Shown one piece after another: positions 57,501 through 64,000 of a DNA stretch of 64,000 nt; position 1 is the stretch's first letter; every line of letters begins with the position of its first letter. The notes beneath the pieces were generated by a model. It was not told the DNA's origin. It ran no database searches and worked only from the letters and a program-made list of their open reading frames with translations. The stretch is from a virus: the IMG/VR virus record IMGVR_UViG_3300004369_000009, positions 1-64,000 of that record. The stretch is one strand, 5' to 3'. Position numbers and translations under genes: made by a program.

Positions 57501-60500
57501 GTTGGTGATTCCACTGTCGATCGTCTGGGTGTATCCATGAGAACCAGTGATACTAATTGTCTGGTTATCGATAGCCAGTTCCATCAGTTCTTCAAGTCTG
57601 CCGATAGCAGCAAGAGTTTGTTGCTCTTCGCCATCAATATGGGTTGTGCCAACGTAATAATTGGCGGCATCCCAGACTTGGTTGTTGGCACCATGGAGAA
57701 CGTTAAATGCTACAGCATCTACGATATCCAGGAGGTCATCAATACAATCCTGAGAGTTGCCTGTTGGAGTTACGAATCCAGGGAAATCTACGGTGCTCAT
57801 CAGGTGATAAGCTTCGTATGCTAGCAGGTTTTTGTTAGCGAGGATTGTGTTATATGCGTCAAAGTGTCTGTTGCTTTGAACCTCAAAAGGAATGTCGAGC
57901 AGCATACGCTCAACGGCTTCGTTAGCAATGAAGTTCTTATTGGTTGTAATCAAAGTAGAAGCATCGGCAAAACGATTTGCCTGAGGTGTGCCAAAACGAT
58001 TCATCAAACCAACAGCAACATCAGCAATAAGTCTGGCGTTATTGTTAATCAATACACGAGCATCGCCAAATCTGTCAGCGGTTACATTAGTAGCCGTATC
58101 GAGAACATTGGTAATTGTGATGTTACCAGTAGCTCCAGTGCCATTTCCAATTTTATTTGTAAATGCTACATTATTGTATACGCCAGGAGTGTATCCACTA
58201 CCCTGGTAGATACCATCTGTGGTATTCAGGGAAGTAATAACGTCTCCAAAGATATCCAGCTGGAAGTTGCCGCTGATATCTTGGCGTTGATAATACATGA
58301 TAATACAGACCGAATCCTTAATCGGTGGCTCGGAGAAGGTGAGGGTGCTTCCACTTAGACTATACGAAACTGGGTTCTGTACAATACCGTTGATGGTTAC
58401 CATCAACTGATTTTTGTTTAGAGGTGTTATCTCAGTATCTCTGAATCTCAACTGATAATCAACAGTTTCATCATCAAAGGCAACGGTCAATTTGTGCTTA
58501 ATGCCTGTGGAAACTCCCGTCAGTGGAACTGCGGTACCAGCAGTAGCATTGGCTTTGGTTGTTGCCAATTTGAGATTATCATCATCAACTCTGATGATGT
58601 AGTAATCAGTATTAGCATCCAAACCACCAATGGGAACAGAGTTGGCAATTTCAGGATAATATCCTGGGTTGCGCTCTGGAACGCTGGATGGATTGTCAAT
58701 ACCACCCCATACAATCTCAGCAAGAGTGTCAATAGTATTCTTGACATCTGTACAACCGTTAGTATCCAGAGTGATAGTAATATCAGTTACTGGGAGTTGG
58801 TTTACAATCGCCTGCTTAGCCAGATCTCTGGCATATTGAATAGCACCGATTGTTTCCTCTTCTTCGCCACCAATATAATATACACTATTGTTAGGTACAG
58901 TTCTGGTAAGACTACCAAATGGACCATTAGCACCAGAATCAACAGCATCCGTAAGGATTGTCATGAGGCTAGTGATACTACTAGCGACATTCTGACAGGA
59001 AGCTACATAACCACCTGTCTTTTCAGTTCTATTCTCTACAAGGTGCGAAAGTGGTGCGGTGATGGCAGCAGTTACAATGTCCATCAGAGTAGTGATGGCA
59101 GAAACTTGATCCGCACACTTGACGTATGAAGGATCATCAGCGGGGGCAGTGTCATCTGTAATCGTCAGATCAAAGACTTGACCAGACATGTCACCGACTG
59201 GCTTATTCTGAATTACCAGAATCGCAATATCTCTTGCTTGCTCAAAAGCATAGATCGATTCAGTTTCTTCGCCAAGGATGTGAGTTCCAGTTACATAGTA
59301 GTTCGCAGCATCCCAGATTTCGTCGTTTCCACCACGAGACATATTCTCAGCAAGTGCTTCGAGAACATCTACGATGTCATCTTCGCAATTAACTCTACCG
59401 TTTGGTACAGAGAATGTTGGGAAGTTGGACAGCATTCTGTCTACAGCAGTTACCGCAATCTGAGTCTTATTAGAGAGAATGAGATTTCTGGCATCAGCAT
59501 GTCTATCACTAATGTAACCAGCAGGATCTTTAGTGATAGTGTTATCGAATACTTGAGTTTGGCTGGTATACTGTGGATTGATTGGATAATTTTGCATGGC
59601 TTGAATTGCCATGTCTCTAGCGTGGTTGAATACCTCAATAGTTTGGGTTTCTTCCCCAGATACGTGTGCTCCTGTGATATACAGGTTAGCAGCATCATAT
59701 ACTTCGCTGTTTCCGCCGAATGACAGGTTATAAGCCAAAGCCTCAAGGATATCGATAACATCATCGATACAATCTTGATTATTACCAGTAGGAACAGTAA
59801 ATGCGATATTATTTGGATCAGCAAGCATTCTACCGACTGCTTCTTCAGCAATCAGTACCTTGTTATCGAGGATGCTCTGTCTAGCATTGGCATAGCGATT
59901 GCCAATGGTACCAACACCACCAATGTATTCTTGTACAGCATCCCAGGTAAATGCGTTTCCACCATAACGGAGGTCATTAACCCATGCTACGACAACCAAT
60001 CTAAGGTCACGAGCACATATAGTTCTATCGTAATCTGGTTTGGATCCATCGGTTAGAGCTGGATAATTTGCTTCTAGCCATACAATAGACTGATCAATAA
60101 TATAGTCAATGTTCTTAAGAATTAGGTCTCTAGCATCTTGATATCTGTCAGCAGGGGCAGAGTAATTTGCTTTCTGACCAGTAATAAATCCATGGTTAGT
60201 GAGAGCAAGAGTGTCACTAGCATCTAGAACTACAGCTGGATCTGTGCCATCAAATGTGTAAGTTTTAGATTCGATTTTATCTAGTTTGTTTACAATGGCA
60301 CTAAGAATTCTCTGGACGTCCAGAAGTTGCTTACCTTGAACAAGAACATTTGTAGGCACTGAAGACGTGTAGTCTGGCTTGCCCATAAAGTAGTTCTGAA
60401 TCCTAGAAAGCTTACCAGCATTGGAAGCAGAGGGTTTTGGCGTAAAGAATGTAGTTCCATTGAAGGACTGGAATTCATTACCAAACCTTTGAGCATACCA

Positions 60501-63500
60501 GTTGTTTGGATCTGGGTTTGATGGGTTATTAAAGGAAGCAGCATTGTATCTCTTAAATGCGGTTTGAGAGATAACCTGTGTACCAAGAACCTTAAATCCA
60601 GCAGGGTGAGCTGTTGTCTTAAATTGATTCTTCCACTCACGTACGTTGATTGGAGAACTTACAACGTAAGAGAACTCTTGGAATCTATCTGAGTCATATA
60701 GACGCTGTTCATTAAGATCAAGAATACCAGTGGTTCTCTTAAACTGAGCTGTAGCAGTAGCGATTGGAGAAACTTGGAACGTAGCGTCTGCTTTATCAAA
60801 ATCATGAATCTCACCGAATGCTTTAGTCTCAATACCAAAGATTGGTTGATTAAGTTCAAACTCCCCAGACTGAACTTCAACTGACAAAATTCTACCAAAT
60901 GGATCCCATGCTTTAACAATACCGACAGCATTAAACGATGCTGTAGATGTACCCTGATAAACTGTCTCACCAACAGCAAACGATGCAGGAGTCAAAGAAA
61001 CATCAATTGAATCTCCAAGATCTGTAGTTGTGAGTTGGAATGTAGCGGTACCACCGCTACCAACAGTAGCGGGTCCAGTAAGTGTGACAGCAAGTCCACT
61101 AACTGCGTTAGCCAACGTAGTAGCAAGCCACATTTGGTTAGAACCAAGACCATTAGTTAGGCTTGGAGCAATAGCATAGTAAATTCTATTGGTAAGCAAA
61201 GGTGGTGGTAGTCTACCATCAATTTCACGTAGCTCTACTTTAGTCCCAGTTGGGATCTTAGTATTGTATGGGAAGTTGAGAGTATTGTTAGATGTAAGAG
61301 GTACAAATTGGTGAGTAACTCTAGCCAGAACATCAGGTGTAGATGAGAAACCCTTACCTGGATTAATGACATCAATGCTTTGGATAACTTCATTATCTAC
61401 GTTAACTTTCACTTCAAAACCAGATCCACCACCACCAACAAACTCAATAGTTGGTGTGGAGACGAAGGAATATCCACCATTAGTTACAGTGAAGAAATCT
61501 ACAATTTGAGTTCTAACCAACTGGAGGTTATATGTTGTATTGACCTCTGGCTTGAGAGTTCTATCGTGAGAGTAGTTATAGGTAATGTTGTCACCACCAA
61601 GATTGATGATCTTACCAAGGTCACTAGACTTCAGAAGAATAGAAGCACCTCTACCAAGTTTCTGGTTAATAGCAATAATTGGAGCATTCTGGAACTTAGA
61701 TCCAGCATTTTCAATGATAATCCTAGTTACTGATTCATCTACAATTTCTGCTCTCAATACTGCATCAATACCAGTACCACCAGAAATAGCAACTTCTGGA
61801 GCAGACAAATATCCAGAACCAGAACTTGTTAGAATAATCTCGTCAATAGATGCGTTGATTGTAGTAGAAGTTTCTGCTGGTCTTACAAATTCCAGAGAAT
61901 CAACTCTAAGAACAAAATCATCAGTTCCATCTACGCCGCCAGGAATTTGAGCGCCAGAAATCGTAATAAGGTCACCCAATGAATATGTACTGCCAACATT
62001 AGTTACTACAACAGAAATAATGTCCTGGGTAGAAGCATCGATAGTTATAGTAAATTCAACTCCAAAGCCACCAGTAGGAGCAACAGATTTTTGAGTTACG
62101 CCAGTATGAACTCCTGGAGTAAAGTTGGCAGAACTATTTTGGTTTTGAACTTCAGCAGTCTTAACACCACCGTAGTAAGGATTATCAATATAAATTGTTG
62201 GAGCCTTTCTATAATTTGATCCGCCATTGTTAATAGCGATATTCGCAATAGTTCCGAGCTCTGGACCACTAGGGGGTACAACCGCAGCAACTTGTGCGTG
62301 AGTTCCAGATACAGCAATAACTTCTGCTTGGTTAGGACCACTAAAGACTTTATTTCTCTGTGCGTTGCTAGCATTAAACATTAGGAATCCACGATTAGTA
62401 GCCCCTACCAGATTGTTTCTGAGTGGTTGGACTCTAAGAGTGGATGTATTGGGATTCCAGGAAATTACCTTACCACGAGCACTATCTCCAGATAGATCCT
62501 TCTCCGAAGTAATTACATCACCTTGAGAGAATGTGCCAAATACCTTATCTACAGTGAGGTCAACAAAATCTGGAAGACTACAATATACAGAAGGTGGATT
62601 AGATGGTTCATATCCAATTCCATTTTCAAGAATAGCAACGTCCTCCAAGAATCCAGAAATGGTTGCTGTGGCAGCAGCACCATTACCAGACCTTGTTACC
62701 CCAAGGAACTTAGGTAGAGTAGAATAATTTCTACCTTTATCACCAATATTAATAGACGCAATACCGCCGCTAGGATAAATCGACGTTGTGGAGTAAATTA
62801 CACCATTAGATTTCGAGTATCCACTATCTGGCTCATTTGGCAATATAAACGAAACTGTATTTTGAGTAACGGAAGTGACTGTATTGGATCCAATATAAGG
62901 ATCTTGGATTACACTAAAATAACTACCACTTAGATTACCGTTGATATCAAAATAGAACAACGTTCCAGGAATATCTTTAATGAGAACTTGAATGCCTAAT
63001 TGTTGACCTGTTACTGGATCATTTTCTACATCTGTGATATTTTTGTAAGTAAAGACATTAGTGTTTTCCTTATCAAAGGTAAACTCTAGTCTTCTATTTT
63101 GATTGGAAACATCAGAAGTATTAAATGTATAAGCATGACCATTAATTAGATTCAAGTTTGGCTCTTGGCAGTAAATAACCGCCTGAGTTACGATTGCTTC
63201 ATTTGGAATCGAAGATCCTGTTGGGATATTAAACTGGAATCTTCTCTGAGTTGTAGCACCAGTTACTACAAAGGTTCCATCATATTCAGATGGTTGACAA
63301 CCAGTAACAACAACTTGATCTCCAGCTTTGAGGTTGTGGGAAGCACTAGATCTTAAAGTATATTCAATCAGTACATTATTTGGAGTAAGGGTAAATCCAT
63401 TACCATTACCAATGTTTAGATTGTTGGCTGTCAGTTGCTCCCCAGCTCTATATCCAGAACCAGCTTTGGTTAGAACAACTGAACTGACTTCTTGATTGCT

Positions 63501-64000
63501 GTTGACAGTAATCGTAAATTCGGCACCCTCTCCAGAATCTTGACCATTGAACAGTGGGACATTAAAGTAAACGCCTTCAGTGTATCCACTGCCAGCAAAA
63601 ATAACCCAATCCTGATCGATCAGGGAGCCAGTCTTAAGAACGGTACCAATATCAACACTAAATCCATTTCCACCGCCACCACCAATCTGTGCGTCATTTA
63701 TCGTAAGAACATCTCCATCAAGATATCCTTTTCCTTGATTGGTAATAGTAATCGCAGTAACAGCACCACCAGTAACGGTGATATTAGCAATGGCACCAGA
63801 ACCAGAACCACCACTAAGGCGTCTGCCATTATAAGTGCCGTTTAGATAATTTTCACCACCAGTAATTACCAGTTCACCTTGCTGGATTCTACCAGGACTA
63901 CTTTGGTAATAATCAGTAGCATCAAAGTAACTGAAGTTATATTTGTTATTAATGATTTTGACATCAATATCCTTATTGATGTAATTGTCAGCAATACTTA
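54600..64000 (-). CDS. gp7: Giant baseplate wedge initiator (5' end outside window)
   Basis: I read the frame upstream of the ORF-track start (63155) and found it open without stops to the window edge (>3100 aa). Carries the QRLYDSDRFQEFSYVV...WK...HPAGFKVLG motif of gp7 and lies directly upstream of gp8. Confidence 0.9.
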   Translation of the reverse strand, partial: SIADNYINKDIDVKIINNKYNFSYFDATDYYQSSPGRIQQGELVITGGENYLNGTYNGRRLSGGSGSGAIANITVTGGAVTAITITNQGKGYLDGDVLTINDAQIGGGGGNGFSVDIGTVLKTGSLIDQDWVIFAGSGYTEGVYFNVPLFNGQDSGEGAEFTITVNSNQEVSSVVLTKAGSGYRAGEQLTANNLNIGNGNGFTLTPNNVLIEYTLRSSASHNLKAGDQVVVTGCQPSEYDGTFVVTGATTQRRFQFNIPTGSSIPNEAIVTQAVIYCQEPNLNLINGHAYTFNTSDVSNQNRRLEFTFDKENTNVFTYKNITDVENDPVTGQQLGIQVLIKDIPGTLFYFDINGNLSGSYFSVIQDPYIGSNTVTSVTQNTVSFILPNEPDSGYSKSNGVIYSTTSIYPSGGIASINIGDKGRNYSTLPKFLGVTRSGNGAAATATISGFLEDVAILENGIGYEPSNPPSVYCSLPDFVDLTVDKVFGTFSQGDVITSEKDLSGDSARGKVISWNPNTSTLRVQPLRNNLVGATNRGFLMFNASNAQRNKVFSGPNQAEVIAVSGTHAQVAAVVPPSGPELGTIANIAINNGGSNYRKAPTIYIDNPYYGGVKTAEVQNQNSSANFTPGVHTGVTQKSVAPTGGFGVEFTITIDASTQDIISVVVTNVGSTYSLGDLITISGAQIPGGVDGTDDFVLRVDSLEFVRPAETSTTINASIDEIILTSSGSGYLSAPEVAISGGTGIDAVLRAEIVDESVTRIIIENAGSKFQNAPIIAINQKLGRGASILLKSSDLGKIINLGGDNITYNYSHDRTLKPEVNTTYNLQLVRTQIVDFFTVTNGGYSFVSTPTIEFVGGGGSGFEVKVNVDNEVIQSIDVINPGKGFSSTPDVLARVTHQFVPLTSNNTLNFPYNTKIPTGTKVELREIDGRLPPPLLTNRIYYAIAPSLTNGLGSNQMWLATTLANAVSGLAVTLTGPATVGSGGTATFQLTTTDLGDSIDVSLTPASFAVGETVYQGTSTASFNAVGIVKAWDPFGRILSVEVQSGEFELNQPIFGIETKAFGEIHDFDKADATFQVSPIATATAQFKRTTGILDLNEQRLYDSDRFQEFSYVVSSPINVREWKNQFKTTAHPAGFKVLGTQVISQTAFKRYNAASFNNPSNPDPNNWYAQRFGNEFQSFNGTTFFTPKPSASNAGKLSRIQNYFMGKPDYTSSVPTNVLVQGKQLLDVQRILSAIVNKLDKIESKTYTFDGTDPAVVLDASDTLALTNHGFITGQKANYSAPADRYQDARDLILKNIDYIIDQSIVWLEANYPALTDGSKPDYDRTICARDLRLVVVAWVNDLRYGGNAFTWDAVQEYIGGVGTIGNRYANARQSILDNKVLIAEEAVGRMLADPNNIAFTVPTGNNQDCIDDVIDILEALAYNLSFGGNSEVYDAANLYITGAHVSGEETQTIEVFNHARDMAIQAMQNYPINPQYTSQTQVFDNTITKDPAGYISDRHADARNLILSNKTQIAVTAVDRMLSNFPTFSVPNGRVNCEDDIVDVLEALAENMSRGGNDEIWDAANYYVTGTHILGEETESIYAFEQARDIAILVIQNKPVGDMSGQVFDLTITDDTAPADDPSYVKCADQVSAITTLMDIVTAAITAPLSHLVENRTEKTGGYVASCQNVASSITSLMTILTDAVDSGANGPFGSLTRTVPNNSVYYIGGEEEETIGAIQYARDLAKQAIVNQLPVTDITITLDTNGCTDVKNTIDTLAEIVWGGIDNPSSVPERNPGYYPEIANSVPIGGLDANTDYYIIRVDDDNLKLATTKANATAGTAVPLTGVSTGIKHKLTVAFDDETVDYQLRFRDTEITPLNKNQLMVTINGIVQNPVSYSLSGSTLTFSEPPIKDSVCIIMYYQRQDISGNFQLDIFGDVITSLNTTDGIYQGSGYTPGVYNNVAFTNKIGNGTGATGNITITNVLDTATNVTADRFGDARVLINNNARLIADVAVGLMNRFGTPQANRFADASTLITTNKNFIANEAVERMLLDIPFEVQSNRHFDAYNTILANKNLLAYEAYHLMSTVDFPGFVTPTGNSQDCIDDLLDIVDAVAFNVLHGANNQVWDAANYYVGTTHIDGEEQQTLAAIGRLEELMELAIDNQTISITGSHGYTQTIDSGITNVSGGCTNVISGVNTLIDIIELAIQTDLMTHATRTEPAAFTVPNGNVNCIDDVVDVMEALSINVKYGSNSEIYDAAAYYVGTSHLDGEEIHSKYVYREATKIAKEVIDNTAVTVRGSHGISQVTDSSITNVVGGCTNVTAAIDTLMNIIEVAIDTDSLSTFTRTAPTGFNSPGIGDEQCKSDTVDILRAVGVNVAFGGNHVLWDNLDMYFNGGHVQGEEAETQYVFEEARQMVKKAINNETYETYSQYNFSTRSQYKDPSITSVSGGCTNVISTIETLMDFAYTVIGQGNFNTFTRTVGQCGDGYEGAPTIVQSGYTAVTDGAISAVLSSEGFIKSIAVTQPGVGYNNVPTVVIKSNSGFNATATATISGGAVTGINVTYGGYGYDDVVVEIINDPADTITTTALASATVGRFIERLEVQQTGKDYNQAPTLAFTGGNPTTAATNPIARVTGAVTDVALVNGGSNYLNTDMLGVDAADVGGTVINSFQIEVETVTFDGTTTSYPAKVGGTGYTLPGNDRFLLFLNSHIQELGVSYSYTGTPSTINFTEAPLGNMDFYCFYVGQLKDLDPIAPFFDNERKTFILKKNDQPFSLESDSPAVIPANNIIMFMNGVYQEPEVSFVLNGSILEFTEAPRAGAECLTFIYTGSDLDITVEDTYNSIDPGDLLRIDSEGENRILAQIASSSSIETYEYTGLQPSVASFEAVVVGGKVVKVNIIDAGGNYEYPPFLSFNGGGGTGASARTIIEQGSGKVIEVIDLQGGSNYVNAPTVQTFHPVAVERTQRDRTISNSRFLYTAILSSSITDTAQTIPCQDFGYDAGEGFPSDGEIMIPYWNGTNWSVERVLYGTVDYNANTFVVTTNGRGYKRTGPSLGVGHNINIENGTWTANGTTISVTMSSDHNLETGMERYIFFTSGGTVPGSGGTLSYSSLNGVYKVTKTGDATFTITSTVALQETSATLQIRPIVRLYA
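56640..58076 (-). repeat. Three nested phycobiliprotein-like repeats, gp7 cluster 2
   Basis: Three consecutive R..DA...I..N...(I/L)A..A helices followed by three CxxD...G.N...GEE...GGCTNV blocks; coordinates approximate. Confidence 0.75.
58690..60149 (-). repeat. Three nested phycobiliprotein-like repeats, gp7 cluster 1
   Basis: ICARDL..., DCIDDV..., NCEDDI... each paired with a terminal Cys helix (CTDV, CQNV, CADQ); coordinates approximate. Confidence 0.75.

Noticed and set aside
63155-64000. Apparent gene start at 63155 and apparent non-coding 845 nt at window end
   Set aside because: The gp7 frame is open to the window edge; the ORF-track start is an internal TTG.
1-64000. tRNA, rRNA, CRISPR array, intron, intein or homing endonuclease
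   Set aside because: Intergenic gaps are under 100 nt and show no cloverleaf or repeat-spacer pattern; no intein, LAGLIDADG, GIY-YIG or HNH motifs noticed in core genes (by eye only).

Overview
A 64-kb stretch of the late (virion) region of a T4-like cyanophage (marine cyanomyovirus, Kyanoviridae-like). Almost all genes are on the minus strand. In transcription order: 5'-truncated giant baseplate protein gp7 (>3100 aa in window), gp8, a VrlC/DUF4815-type structural protein, several small and giant fibre/structural proteins (562, 2394, 179 and 3633 aa), three tandem glycine-rich adhesin-like paralogs and a probable fibre-assembly protein. Next comes a tightly coupled enzyme cluster: two flavin-dependent halogenases, five 2OG-Fe(II) oxygenases, a JmjC-type hydroxylase and one conserved beta-rich protein. 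It is followed by a subtilisin protease with six Ig-like repeats, then gp13, gp14, gp15, gp16, a gp16-gp17 insertion containing a 1050-aa fibre, and the 5' part of terminase gp17. T4-type late promoters (TATAAATA and NNTAAATA variants) punctuate the region. Main observations: (1) ten nested copies of a domain in gp7 and the 3633-aa fibre align by eye, in register, with the globin core of phycobiliprotein beta subunits and keep both bilin-attachment cysteines, suggesting possibly chromophorylated virion proteins; (2) the halogenase/hydroxylase cluster lies directly downstream of the adhesin genes and behind a late-promoter-like site, suggesting covalent tailoring of receptor-binding tips; (3) a fibre carries an intact amicyanin-like type-1 copper motif; (4) an antisense sigma70-like promoter and hairpin lie back-to-back with the gp8 late promoter. 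All family assignments come from motif recognition by eye, not database searches. No tRNA, rRNA, CRISPR or mobile element was seen.
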